A stretch of DNA of 64,000 nt from Fidelibacterota bacterium (lineage in GTDB: Bacteria > Fidelibacterota > UBA2242 > B5-G15). How positions within the stretch are numbered: position 1 is the stretch's first letter; the number at the start of each line of letters is the position of its first letter. The stretch is taken from NCBI GenBank assembly GCA_017656425.1, contig JACDNV010000002.1:183512-247511 (forward strand), written 5' to 3'. A program made the translations under genes and the position numbers. The notes below the pieces were generated by a model. That model worked only from the letters and a program-made list of their open reading frames with translations, searched no databases and was not told the DNA's origin. This document shows positions 23,906-34,401 of this stretch, in pieces.

Positions 23906-24322
23906 ATGAAAGTTATAGTACAGCGAACAAGTGGCAATACTTTTATTGCAAAGGGGGAATCCAATCACTGGGTCGTAATGGATACAGATGAGAAATTTGG
24001 TGGTAATTCTGCCGGGAGTAAACCAGTAGAGCTATTACTAATGGCACTGGGTGGCTGCACAGGTATGGATATCGAAAGTCTTGTAAATAAAATGCGTACA
24101 CCGGTGGATGATTTCAGAATAGAAATCGAGGGAGAAAGAGTCGATGAACATCCCAAAGTTTTTACGAGAATTGAAATAGTTTATAAGTTTTGGGGTAAGA
24201 ATCTAAATGAGGATAACATTAAGAAAGCTGTTGAGCTTTCCCATACGAGATATTGTACAGTAAGTGCGATTCTAAAAAAGACTTGTGATATAAGTTATAG
24301 AATAGAGATAAATTCTGACTGA
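23906..24322 (+). CDS. OsmC/Ohr family peroxiredoxin-like protein
   Basis: 138 aa, OsmC fold pattern with two conserved Cys (LGGCTGMD … RYCTVS). Confidence 0.75.
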   Translation: MKVIVQRTSGNTFIAKGESNHWVVMDTDEKFGGNSAGSKPVELLLMALGGCTGMDIESLVNKMRTPVDDFRIEIEGERVDEHPKVFTRIEIVYKFWGKNLNEDNIKKAVELSHTRYCTVSAILKKTCDISYRIEINSD

Positions 24323-24323
24323 T

Positions 24324-25526
24324 CTATTTTTCTTTTTCCTTCTCCTTAAGTTCTGCAATTTGTTTCCGATATTCTTCAACTTTATCTATATCTTTTTTCC
24401 TTTTTTCGAGTACTTTTAAAACCTCAAGTGCCTGATCGTAGAGTTTTTGTTTTATCAATACTTCCACAAGGGTAAAGGTGGGTACCGGTATTTTTAATTC
24501 CAGGGATTCTCTTTCATCAGAGGTTACTTCCTCTATCTCTGCACCCGGATGTCTTTCTTGCACTTTTACTTCTTCCACTTTTTCTTCTTTGAACACCTTC
24601 TTTTCTTTTTCTTCTAACTCAACCTCCGTTTTTTCTTCGATTTCTGTGGGTTTTTCTGTTTTTCCCTGCGCTTCTTTAGTGATTACCTCTTCTGGTTTTT
24701 CTGATGGTTCTTTTACTGCAGATTTTTCCTCCTCCTTTAATTGAGATTCTATCATTCTTTCGGTATCCTCTTCCTCGTGACTTTCAGCGAGTTCTATATC
24801 TTTAAATTCTTCTATATCAAGCGGACCCAATGAACCATAGGGTGCTGATTTTAATTTCTCAATTATTGAGGTAAGTCTGTCCTTACTCTGCGATGGTTGT
24901 GGTTTTTCAGTGGATTCATGTTCTTCTATCTCTTTTTTTTCTTCTATTTTCTTATTTATTTCTTCGGTTTCCTTTGTGATATCCTCTACAGGACCGAGAT
25001 GTGCTTCCTCTTCTGGAATTACCTCTTTTTCAACAATGTCAAATGATGGTTCCCCTTCTATAGCTTCATCTTTTTCTTCTGTTTCAGTAGTTTTTAACTC
25101 ACCTTCCTCTTCGTGAGTCTTCTTTTCTTCAAAATAATCTTTTTTTTCAAAGGGATTTAGTAATTTTATCCTTTCAAGATAATGTTCAGAATCTTTTTCG
25201 CTTAAGTTGTCAATGCCGTATTCTATAATATCATAGAGGGCATGTAGAAAATCTGGATCATATTTTATTGTTAATTTCAATTCCTCAATAGCATTATCAA
25301 TATCGCCCTGTTTAAGTAAAACCTTTGATAAAACATAGTGACCATATGCATAATCTGGATGGTAATTTAATCCCTGATTCAAAATTTCCAGAGCCTGTTC
25401 TATATTATCTTGTTGTAACTCAAAATCTGCTATAATGGGAAAGGTTAAACTATCAGGATTTGATTCAAAGAATTTTATCAAATTTGCTTTTGTTTCTTCT
25501 TTCAATTTTTCCCCCATTTTTTTCAA
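24324..25526 (-). CDS. TPR-repeat protein with long Glu/Lys-rich low-complexity central region
   Basis: N-terminal TPR helices (…YAYGHYVLSKVLLKQGDIDNAIEELKLTIKYDPDF…), central EEK/EKE-rich ~200 aa, C-terminal helical segment. Confidence 0.5.
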   Translation of the reverse strand: MKKMGEKLKEETKANLIKFFESNPDSLTFPIIADFELQQDNIEQALEILNQGLNYHPDYAYGHYVLSKVLLKQGDIDNAIEELKLTIKYDPDFLHALYDIIEYGIDNLSEKDSEHYLERIKLLNPFEKKDYFEEKKTHEEEGELKTTETEEKDEAIEGEPSFDIVEKEVIPEEEAHLGPVEDITKETEEINKKIEEKKEIEEHESTEKPQPSQSKDRLTSIIEKLKSAPYGSLGPLDIEEFKDIELAESHEEEDTERMIESQLKEEEKSAVKEPSEKPEEVITKEAQGKTEKPTEIEEKTEVELEEKEKKVFKEEKVEEVKVQERHPGAEIEEVTSDERESLELKIPVPTFTLVEVLIKQKLYDQALEVLKVLEKRKKDIDKVEEYRKQIAELKEKEKEK

Positions 25527-25561
25527 TGAAGTTTAAAGAAAAATATTAAAAAGGGAAATAG

Positions 25562-26008
25562 CTATTTGATTTTGCTGTCAAGGATGAATGTCACTGGGCC
25601 ACAATTTACAAGATGAACATCCATCATAGCTCCAAATATACCATGTTCTACAGGGATATCATATTCAGATAATTTATCAATAAAATACTCATATAATTTT
25701 TTCGCCTTGTCTGGAGGAGCTGAATTTACAAAACTAGGTCTTCGACCTTTCTTCCAATCAGCACAAAGAGTGAATTGTGAGATTACCAAAATCTGACCAT
25801 TGATATCCTTTATAGAAAGATTCATTTTGCCTTTATCATCATTAAAAATTCTAAAATAGGCTATTTTGTTGGCAAGGAAATCAGCGTCTTCTTCTTTATC
25901 ATCGTGTAAGATTCCAAGGAGTATGACCAGTCCAAAATCTATTTTCGCTACTGTGTTTCCGTCAACTTCAACATAGGCATTTTTAGCTCTCTGGACAACA
26001 GAAATCAT
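25562..26008 (-). CDS. dtd: D-aminoacyl-tRNA deacylase
   Basis: 148 aa, MISVVQRA…VILLGI…SQFTL…GPVT motifs. Confidence 0.85.
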   Translation of the reverse strand: MISVVQRAKNAYVEVDGNTVAKIDFGLVILLGILHDDKEEDADFLANKIAYFRIFNDDKGKMNLSIKDINGQILVISQFTLCADWKKGRRPSFVNSAPPDKAKKLYEYFIDKLSEYDIPVEHGIFGAMMDVHLVNCGPVTFILDSKIK

Positions 26009-29000
26009 CCCTCAACCCATACATTGTTGTCACCATAAAGTTTTTTTAAATGTGTAAGTAGCTTCATACTGGGATCAACTTTTACTTTGTGGGATAAAAT
26101 TACTACTTCACCATTACCTGGTTCAGTTAAGTGTAGATATAGTTCGCACTCACCTTTATAATTGTTGAGAAAATTAAACAGGTTTTCGACAAATATCTGA
26201 TCAATTTCGCTTTTGTTTAGCCTGAGATGAAGACTACGAGTTTCCTCATCGATCAAATTATCAAGAGAGATAATCTTTTCTGCTATTATTTTAACGTTAC
26301 CTTCAGTCTGTACACTTACCCTTCCATAGATAAAGACGGGTAGTTCCTCGACAATATAGTTCATAAAATCACTATAGGTTCTGCTGAATGCCATTACATC
26401 TATGGATCCGTTTAAACTCTCGAGTGTAAAAATTGCGTATGGTTGTTTATTTTTATCATATTTTATTTTTAAGTTAGTTATCAGTCCTCCAAGCTTAATA
26501 AAAGGTTCGTTAAAATCTTCAAGATCCTCAGTAAAATCATAGTTGGAGAAATTTTCTATTTCTTCTGCGTATTTAGATAAGGGGTGGCCTGATAAATACA
26601 TACCAAGTAATTCCTTTTCATCCGATAGCATTTTCATATCATTCCATGGCTCAACTTCTGGCAACTGTGGTTCTGAAACAATCGCTGGTAGTCCATTTGA
26701 TGCTGTTCCAAATAGACTTACCTGATTATTATTTTTTTCAGCTTGAATTTTCTGTGCATATTGAATTGCTGTATCTATGGATTCGTACTTTTGCGCTCTT
26801 GTTCCCTCCAAAGAGTCACATGCACCAGATAAGACCAGACTTTCGATTGTTTTTCTATTTACAATTTTGAGGTCTACTGAAGATACAAAATGAAAGAAAC
26901 TCTTAAATTTGCCTTCTTTTTTTCTTGCTTTAACGATAGATGTTGCTGCCTTTTCTCCTACATTCTTTATAGCGTACAATCCGTATCTGATTGATTTACC
27001 ATCGGTAGAGAAAAACACTTCGCTTTTATTAACGTCTGGCGGTAGTATTTCCAGCCCCATATGTTTAGCTTCATTAGAGAGAATAGTGATTCTATCTGTC
27101 TTGTCAATTTCGCTTGAAATATTTGATGTCATAAAGTATGCAGGATAGTGAGCTTTCAGATATGCTATTTTATAGGCGAGTACGGCATATGCTGTACTAT
27201 GACTCTTGTTAAAACCGTACTCTGCAAATTTTTCTATTAATTTAAAAATTTCTATGGCTGTCTTTGTATCTATTCCGTTATTTATTGCCCCTTGAATAAA
27301 GTTATCCATCAAAGATTTCATTGTTTCTTTATCTTTTTTTGCCATTGCACGTCGCATGATGTCAGCTTTTGCCAGTGAGAATCCTGCTATTTTATTGGTA
27401 ATCTGCATTACCTGTTCCTGATATACAATAATGCCGTAGGTCTCTTTTAATATTGGCTCAAGGCTTGGATGCAGGTATTCGATTTTTGATTTACCATGTT
27501 TTCTTCTGATAAATTCGTCGATCATCTGCATAGGACCAGGTCTGTGAAGTGCGTTCATTGCGATCAGGTCTTCAATACAGGTTGGTTTCAGCTTCATTAA
27601 GTATTTTCTCATTGAGGCTGATTCAAACTGGAAAACTCCAATTGTATTTCCTTCACCAAATAATTGAAATGTCTTTTCGTCATTTTCTGGAATTTTATCC
27701 ATATCTAATTTTATTCCCTCTTTTTCCAGAAGCTTTAAGGTGCTATCAATTACAGTTAGATTTCTTAGACCGAGGAAGTCAACTTTTAGTAGCCCTATCT
27801 TATCTATATATTTCATCTCATATTGAGTAGTAATATCACCATTGGTTGATTTATATAGAGGGACATAATCGGTCAATTCTCCAGGGGCTATAACCACACC
27901 TGCAGCGTGTGTGGATGTATGTCTATTCATACCCTCGAGTGTTATAGATATTTCAAAGAGTTTCTTATGTAGCTCGTCAATCTCAGAAGCTCTTTTTAAT
28001 TCAGGTATATCTTCAATGGCATCTTTTAGCTTTACTCCTGGACTCGCAGGTATAAGCTTTGCAATGCGATCAACCTCAGCAAGGGGGATACCCAACACTC
28101 TTCCAACATCTCTTATTACAGCTCGAGCTTTTAGTTTTCCAAAAGTAATAATATGAGTTACATTTTTCTCACCGTATTTTTTCTTTATGTAGTCAATTAC
28201 CTCTCCCCGACGAACTTCACAAAAATCTATATCTATATCAGGCATTGAGACTCGTTCGGGATTCAGAAACCTTTCAAAAAGGAGATTAAATTTTAATGGA
28301 TCTATATCAGTAATACCAAGTGCATACGCTACAAGGCTACCAGCTGCAGAACCTCTCCCTGGACCAACAGGTATATTTTTACTTTTGGCAAATTGTACGA
28401 AATTTTGAACGATTAAAAAGTAGCCTGTAAATCCCATGTTTTTGATGGTATTAAGTTCAAAATCAGCTCTTTCCTTTATCTCGGAAGAGATTTCACCGTA
28501 TCTTTCACGTAACCCTTCGTAGACAAGTTTTTTGAGATATTCATCGGGATCGGTTATACCAGAATTTTCAGGTATTGTATACTCGGGTAGATAGACCTTC
28601 CCAATCTCAATTTCTAAATTGCATTCATCGGCAATTCTTAATGTATTTTCTAAAACCTCAAAATCGCCTGGAAAAAGCTTTTCCATTTCCTCGGGGGTTT
28701 TGACATAATATTCGTATGGTTCGTATTTTCTCCGGTTGGGATCACTTATTTCTTTCCCTGTTCCAATACAAAACAATGCATCATGGGCTTCCCAGTGTTC
28801 TTTTAGTGTATAGTGAGTATCGTTGGTTGCTACTCTCGGTATTCCGAGCTCTCTGGATAGTTTCTTGGATGCTTCATACCATACTTTTTCTTCCTGTAGA
28901 AAGTGGTTTTGCACTTCCAGATATAGTTGTCCATTGAAAATTTCCATGTATTCTCTGGCAACTCTTTTAGCATCATCATAGGAACCATTTATAGCATATT

Positions 29001-29436
29001 CCTGGATTTCTCCCTTTATGCAAGCTGTCAATGCGATTAAACCATCGCTGTATTTTTTCAAAATTTCCTTTGTTACGCAGGGCTTGTAATAAAATCCCTC
29101 AAGATAACCGTAAGTGGATATTTTTATTAGATTTTTATAGCCTGTTAAGTTTTCTGCAAGTAAAACAAGATGATTATAGTTGGGTCCTCTTGTAGCCCTG
29201 CTATTTTCATTTTTATTATCTTTTGAAACATATATTTCACAGCCGATGATTGGTTTTATGTTATTTGCCTTTGCAGTAGTATAGAGTTCAATTGCACTGA
29301 ATAGATTACCGTGTTCTGTAATAGTGACAGCAGGCATACCAAGCTCTTTAACCCTATTAACAAGTGATTCCACCGTTTGTGCTGCATCAAGAAGGCTGTA
29401 ATCGGTATGATTGTGAAGGTGAACGAACTCTGGCAT
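26005..29436 (-). CDS. dnaE: DNA polymerase III alpha subunit
   Basis: N-terminal PHP domain (FVHLHNHTDYSLLDA), pol III alpha core, C-terminal OB; 1143 aa. Confidence 0.95.
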   Translation of the reverse strand: MPEFVHLHNHTDYSLLDAAQTVESLVNRVKELGMPAVTITEHGNLFSAIELYTTAKANNIKPIIGCEIYVSKDNKNENSRATRGPNYNHLVLLAENLTGYKNLIKISTYGYLEGFYYKPCVTKEILKKYSDGLIALTACIKGEIQEYAINGSYDDAKRVAREYMEIFNGQLYLEVQNHFLQEEKVWYEASKKLSRELGIPRVATNDTHYTLKEHWEAHDALFCIGTGKEISDPNRRKYEPYEYYVKTPEEMEKLFPGDFEVLENTLRIADECNLEIEIGKVYLPEYTIPENSGITDPDEYLKKLVYEGLRERYGEISSEIKERADFELNTIKNMGFTGYFLIVQNFVQFAKSKNIPVGPGRGSAAGSLVAYALGITDIDPLKFNLLFERFLNPERVSMPDIDIDFCEVRRGEVIDYIKKKYGEKNVTHIITFGKLKARAVIRDVGRVLGIPLAEVDRIAKLIPASPGVKLKDAIEDIPELKRASEIDELHKKLFEISITLEGMNRHTSTHAAGVVIAPGELTDYVPLYKSTNGDITTQYEMKYIDKIGLLKVDFLGLRNLTVIDSTLKLLEKEGIKLDMDKIPENDEKTFQLFGEGNTIGVFQFESASMRKYLMKLKPTCIEDLIAMNALHRPGPMQMIDEFIRRKHGKSKIEYLHPSLEPILKETYGIIVYQEQVMQITNKIAGFSLAKADIMRRAMAKKDKETMKSLMDNFIQGAINNGIDTKTAIEIFKLIEKFAEYGFNKSHSTAYAVLAYKIAYLKAHYPAYFMTSNISSEIDKTDRITILSNEAKHMGLEILPPDVNKSEVFFSTDGKSIRYGLYAIKNVGEKAATSIVKARKKEGKFKSFFHFVSSVDLKIVNRKTIESLVLSGACDSLEGTRAQKYESIDTAIQYAQKIQAEKNNNQVSLFGTASNGLPAIVSEPQLPEVEPWNDMKMLSDEKELLGMYLSGHPLSKYAEEIENFSNYDFTEDLEDFNEPFIKLGGLITNLKIKYDKNKQPYAIFTLESLNGSIDVMAFSRTYSDFMNYIVEELPVFIYGRVSVQTEGNVKIIAEKIISLDNLIDEETRSLHLRLNKSEIDQIFVENLFNFLNNYKGECELYLHLTEPGNGEVVILSHKVKVDPSMKLLTHLKKLYGDNNVWVEG

Positions 29437-29439
29437 TTT

Positions 29440-30291
29440 TTAAAATTTCCCAACGTAGATAGCAATCAAACCAAAGAATATATCGTATTTTAATAATGTT
29501 TGAAGCTTTCTACAATTCTTTGATGAAAAATTTCTATTGATAGAAACAATTGTATAAATAACAGCTGGTAGAATGAAAAGTATTATAGTAACAATGTAAT
29601 AAATGCCGTAAATATTACTAAAGTAAGGGTAAAAGATTGTTATTGTCAGTAAAGTTAATACAATTGTTACTATTTTCGAAGACTTTTTCAACCCCAATAT
29701 AGCAGGCAGTGTTCTTGCCCCTACTTTTGTATCTCCCTCGACATCCTCCATGTCCTTGATTATTTCTCTAGCAATGGTAAAAAAGAACGTAAGAAAGAAT
29801 GGTATTATACCTTTATGATAGTCTCCGTAGACTTCGGTTGAAAAAATAAATGCGAGTCCAAGAATGAATGATACAACTATATTTCCAATTATTGGAAGTT
29901 TTTTAAATAGCAGACTATATCCAATCAGGGAAATAAGAGTTATGAGTATTATCATGAAAATTCGCCGATTCATTATTATAGTTGATAATGATGTGCTCGA
30001 TATAAATAAAATGCAGGATAAAGTCAGTGCCTCAGTTTTTTTGACTCTTCCCGATGGTATAGGTCTTGATGGACGATTTATCTTGTCAATTTTATAATCA
30101 CAATAATCGTTTAGGCTATTACCTGCTGCCATGAATAGCACAATAATCCCGGTAGCAATTAGGATTTTTTCTAGTGACGGAAGGCTGTCCATTATAAGGG
30201 CTGAGATTATTGCAGAAATACTTCCCTGGAGTAGGTTTAATGGTCTTGCCAGTTCTATATAAGAGGTGATTTTAGCCAATATTTTTTGCAA
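29440..30291 (-). CDS. UbiA-family aromatic prenyltransferase
   Basis: 9-TM protein with NDYCDYKIDKINRPSRPIPSG Asp-rich motif. Confidence 0.75.
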   Translation of the reverse strand: MQKILAKITSYIELARPLNLLQGSISAIISALIMDSLPSLEKILIATGIIVLFMAAGNSLNDYCDYKIDKINRPSRPIPSGRVKKTEALTLSCILFISSTSLSTIIMNRRIFMIILITLISLIGYSLLFKKLPIIGNIVVSFILGLAFIFSTEVYGDYHKGIIPFFLTFFFTIAREIIKDMEDVEGDTKVGARTLPAILGLKKSSKIVTIVLTLLTITIFYPYFSNIYGIYYIVTIILFILPAVIYTIVSINRNFSSKNCRKLQTLLKYDIFFGLIAIYVGKF

Positions 30292-31153
30292 TTATTCCCC
30301 TTGCTTCACCCGTATAATCAAAAATTGTTTCAATAACATTTAGGTTAGCCATCTCAAATATACTTTTTACATTTTTAAGTTGATAATCTCCACCAATTTC
30401 TACAACGATGTGGCCATTGTGTTTTAAAAATTTTTTATAAGAATTGGTGATTGCCTTATAGAAAATTAGCTCATCCTCCCCTGGATATAAAGCGATCTTT
30501 GGCTCCCATTGCTTAATCTCTTCTGGTAGATTTTCGTAATGATTATTTCCTATATAAGGTGGATTTGAGATGATGAGATCGAAAGTTTCATCAAGATCGC
30601 TATTTTTAAGAAAATTTTTCTCTATGAATCTTATTGAATCTTCAACTTTATTTAATTTTGCATTCTCTCTGGCAACTTTTAGAATATCAAGGGTGATATC
30701 GATTGCAGTAATCTGAGTGCCAGTACAATATTTTGCAATTGAAATCGCAATATTACCAGAACCAGTACCTATATCAAGCACTTTTGTTTTCCTATTTTTG
30801 AACTGTTTTAAAATTTCAATTGCCTTCTCCACAATAACCTCAGTATCGGAACGTGGAATTAATACCTTAGGTGTCACAATGAAGGGTAGTCCCATAAATT
30901 CTGTTTTCCCCAGTATATACTGGATGGGCTCTTTCTTCCCCCTTCGAGAGATGTAGTTTCTAATTTTTTCTACCTCATCTTTTGAGATTGGTCTATCAAA
31001 ATTTAGATAAAGATCAATCCTGGATAATCCAAGAACGTTCTGGAGGATCCATTCAGATTCAATGCGAGCTGATTGTACGCCTTTAGATTTTAAATAATTT
31101 TCGGATAATTTTAATATTTCTATTAAAGTGCGAACCCGTAAACTATCATCCAT
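30272..31153 (-). CDS. prmC: Release factor glutamine N5-methyltransferase
   Basis: SAM-MTase motif LDIGTGSGNIAI and NPPY; directly downstream of prfA. Confidence 0.8.
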   Translation of the reverse strand: MDDSLRVRTLIEILKLSENYLKSKGVQSARIESEWILQNVLGLSRIDLYLNFDRPISKDEVEKIRNYISRRGKKEPIQYILGKTEFMGLPFIVTPKVLIPRSDTEVIVEKAIEILKQFKNRKTKVLDIGTGSGNIAISIAKYCTGTQITAIDITLDILKVARENAKLNKVEDSIRFIEKNFLKNSDLDETFDLIISNPPYIGNNHYENLPEEIKQWEPKIALYPGEDELIFYKAITNSYKKFLKHNGHIVVEIGGDYQLKNVKSIFEMANLNVIETIFDYTGEARGIIAKNIG

Positions 31154-31201
31154 AGTTTCAATTTAATGAAATATGAGTTTTATTACTATTTGTAATTTTA
31201 T

Positions 31202-32269
31202 TTATTCTGTCTGTTGTAGTAATTCGTTATTATAAGCTATTCTCAATGCATCGATTAATTCATCAAGATCACCATCCATTATTTCATTTAATTTATATAA
31301 AGTAAGGTTTATCCTATGGTCGGTTACTCTGCCCTGAGGAAAATTATAAGTTCTGATTTTTGCACTTCTGTCTCCAGTGGAAATCATTGACCTTCTTTTT
31401 TCAGCCAGTTCTTTTTCCTGTTCTTCCTGTTTTAACTGCAAGAGTCTTGTCTTTAAAATCTTCATTGCTTTTTGTTTATTTCTGAATTGAGATTTTTCAT
31501 CCTGGCATGTTACGACAATACCTGTAGGAATATGGGTTATTCTAACTGCTGTTTCTACTTTATTGACATGCTGACCACCATGTCCACTTGCTCTATAGGT
31601 ATCGATTCTTAAATCATCCGGGTTTATATCTATATCAACGTCTTCTGCTTCTGGAAGGACTGCAACTGATGCTGCGGAAGTGTGTATTCTTCCACTTGTC
31701 TCGGTGATCGGGACTCTTTGAACTCGATGAACACCACTTTCGAATTTCATAGTTCCGTATATATCATCACCTGATAATAGAAATATGATTTCTTTATAAC
31801 CGCCTATACCTGTTTCATTGCTGGATAGAACTTCTATATTCCATCCTTTTTTTTCTGCAAACTTTGTGTACATTCTGTAAAGGTCTGCTGCGAATATTGC
31901 TGCTTCTTCACCTCCTGTGCCTGCTCTAATTTCCACAACAGCATTGCGGCTATCATTTGGATCTTTAGGAAGGAGTAGTATTTTTAGTTCTTCTTTTAAT
32001 TTTTCTTCTTTTTCTTCAAGTTTTGCAAGTTCTTCTTTTACCAGTGCTTTAAGTTCCGGGTCACCTTCTTGAAGAATTTCTCTATCTTCTTTGATTTGCT
32101 TTAATAGCTTGATATACTCTTTGCCCTTTTCGACAATTGGAAAAAGCCCTTTATGTTCCTTGGCAAGGGCTTTGAACTTTTCAGGATCGGAAGCAATTTC
32201 AGGATTTGATAATTGAGAGGAGATTTCATCATATCTTTTTATTATGCTGTTAATTTTTTCTTCAACCAT
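31202..32269 (-). CDS. prfA: Peptide chain release factor 1
   Basis: GGQHVNK motif and PIT (PxT) RF1 tripeptide; 355 aa. Confidence 0.95.
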   Translation of the reverse strand: MVEEKINSIIKRYDEISSQLSNPEIASDPEKFKALAKEHKGLFPIVEKGKEYIKLLKQIKEDREILQEGDPELKALVKEELAKLEEKEEKLKEELKILLLPKDPNDSRNAVVEIRAGTGGEEAAIFAADLYRMYTKFAEKKGWNIEVLSSNETGIGGYKEIIFLLSGDDIYGTMKFESGVHRVQRVPITETSGRIHTSAASVAVLPEAEDVDIDINPDDLRIDTYRASGHGGQHVNKVETAVRITHIPTGIVVTCQDEKSQFRNKQKAMKILKTRLLQLKQEEQEKELAEKRRSMISTGDRSAKIRTYNFPQGRVTDHRINLTLYKLNEIMDGDLDELIDALRIAYNNELLQQTE

Positions 32270-32272
32270 ATT

Positions 32273-33220
32273 TTACTCGATTGCTTTTGCAGTAAATTTT
32301 TTGCCGCTGTACTTCTCGAAATTATCGCCGAAGCTACTTTTAAGCGCCGTTATTGCTACTTCTAACTGATCATTACTGGGTTTATGTGTCGTAATTCTCT
32401 GAAGTGCCAGCCCGGGGAAAGATAAAATTTTAATAAATATGTTATTTTGATTTCTTGATGTTATTTTAAGAAGTTCATATGAAATACCCAACACAGGTAA
32501 AAGTAGTATAAAATGATAAAATAACCTGTTATAAATCGTAATATTTCCCTTAATTAGAATAATAATGGTATCAATAATTGCAAAGGTTACTATGGAAAAT
32601 ATTAGCATTACAAAAATAAAGCTCGTGCCACATCTGGGGTGATGGGTCGAGTATTTTTTCGCATTTTCTACATTCAATTCCTCTCCATTCTCGAAAGCAA
32701 ATACTACCTGATGTTCAGCTCCGTGGTATTGAAATATTCTTTTTATATCCTTAAGAAAGTTTATAAATATTAGATAAGCTACAAAAAAACCAATTCGTAG
32801 AAGCCCCGAGCTCAGGTTAAAGAGAGCAGCCTTTTGTTCTATATTGAATAATTTGGTTGTAAGAAGTATAGGTAGGTAGAAAAAGAATACAAAGGCAACA
32901 ACGATTGCAATAGAAAAAGATAGAAAGCTGTAGATTTTTTCTTTCAAACTTTCTTTTTTTATATCGGATTTTTCTTCAAAAACTTTGGCTGAAAATTGTA
33001 ATGCTTCAAGTCCAATTTTTAGTGACTCATATAAAGAGATTATACCTCGAATTAAAGGTAGTGATAGGAATTTATATCTTTTTGTAAGGGATTTATAATC
33101 TTTTCTAATAGTTTCGATTTCGCCATTTGGATTTCTGACTGATACTGCGTATCCATCGGGTCCTCTCATCAAAACCCCTTCTATCACAGCCTGACCGCCA
33201 ACTAAAATAGGTTCGTTCAT
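32273..33220 (-). CDS. DUF1385-family membrane-associated protein (commonly upstream of prfA)
   Basis: N-terminal GGQAVIEGVLMRG signature and conserved gene order with prfA/prmC. Confidence 0.55.
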   Translation of the reverse strand: MNEPILVGGQAVIEGVLMRGPDGYAVSVRNPNGEIETIRKDYKSLTKRYKFLSLPLIRGIISLYESLKIGLEALQFSAKVFEEKSDIKKESLKEKIYSFLSFSIAIVVAFVFFFYLPILLTTKLFNIEQKAALFNLSSGLLRIGFFVAYLIFINFLKDIKRIFQYHGAEHQVVFAFENGEELNVENAKKYSTHHPRCGTSFIFVMLIFSIVTFAIIDTIIILIKGNITIYNRLFYHFILLLPVLGISYELLKITSRNQNNIFIKILSFPGLALQRITTHKPSNDQLEVAITALKSSFGDNFEKYSGKKFTAKAIE

Positions 33221-33276
33221 TTTAAATTATCCTGATAGTTTGGATTTTATTGGTTGAAATTTATGTCTATCGGGTG

Positions 33277-33498
33277 CTAACCCTTGTTACTGTTTTCCTT
33301 GTTTAAATTGTATTTACGTAGAAATTTTTCAATTCTTCCTGCGGAATCGACAAGTTTTTGTTTGCCCGTGAAAAATGGGTGACAATTAGAACATATTTCC
33401 ACTTTTATTTCAGACCTTATTGACCTTGTTATAAAGGTATTACCGCATGCACAGGTTACTTTACAAATTTTATATTCTGGATGTATTCCTTTCTTCAT
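33277..33498 (-). CDS. rpmE: 50S ribosomal protein L31 (Zn-ribbon type)
   Basis: [10 protein letters not shown]…CxC…[10 protein letters not shown]. Confidence 0.9.
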   Translation of the reverse strand: MKKGIHPEYKICKVTCACGNTFITRSIRSEIKVEICSNCHPFFTGKQKLVDSAGRIEKFLRKYNLNKENSNKG

Positions 33499-33899
33499 TT
33501 CCGTCCCTTCATTGTTTTAAAAGCTGTTGAATTTAATGAATTTATCTTGTTAAATGCAATATGGAAGAAGAAAGTGATTGAAAAATTCTCCTTAAAAATC
33601 ATAGGAAAATGTGATTATTCTAAATTTATAATGAGGACCAAAACAGGGAATTCTTCAAAAAAGTTATGTGTAAATTTGGTAAAATGATCTATATCTGAGA
33701 ATTATATAACTACATCTATATCAGAAGACATGGTTCCATAAAGCCTTAATCCCATATTTATCCACTCTTTATAAATTTTTATGTTATTATCAGATAAATT
33801 TTCTGGAATTTTTCCCGAACTTCCATGAAGGTTTACAAATAATGAAAATGAAATTAAGATTAAAAATATTTTAGTTTCATCATTTCCTCCCAATTTTAT

Positions 33900-34401
33900 T
33901 TTTCAATTATAATTTTTCACTTACTGTCACAACCCGAAATGAACACCTCATACCCACTATTTTCTAATAATTGAAAGCTTTTATTTTTTGATATGCTATG
34001 CCATACATGTCATAAATGATTGTACCAACTATTGAAAGCTCTGATATTTCAAAAGCTACTCACATCCAAGGAATGAAAGGATCAGGATAATTTTGATATA
34101 GTTTATATCCAAGTAGAGTGTTTTGCCCTTTTTTATCCCCAATTTCTATTATTGAAAAATTTATTGTATAATTACCCTCATTATCGGAATAAGTTGAAAA
34201 TGTATCTTTGTATTCATTTATAAAACTAACCTTTGCTCCTTGAATACCGATTTTAGAGTAACTATCAAGTACTTTACCTTTTACTATTACTGAAGTTTGT
34301 GGACGTGATTTGGCAATTAAAAGTATTGTAAAAGTGGCAATAGTTATTATTTTAAAGGAACGGCATACAAATAGATGTAATCTCCCCACTGAATTAATCA
34401 C
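33900..34401 (-). pseudogene. Decayed small secreted protein with CarboxypepD_reg-like domain and T9SS C-terminal sorting domain
   Basis: ORF 34060..34401 has signal peptide, beta-sandwich-like segment and LYQNYPDPF (T9SS CTD start) then TGA; my in-frame translation past the TGA gives VAFEISELSIVGTIIYDMYGIAYQKIKAFNY* (CTD-like KIYD.LG block), then a frameshift to …ENSGYEVFISGCDSK*. Confidence 0.5.

Noticed and set aside
33702-33893. 63-aa ORF in the gene-poor region
   Set aside because: No recognisable motif and no start context; probably part of the decayed T9SS-cargo remnant or non-coding; left unannotated
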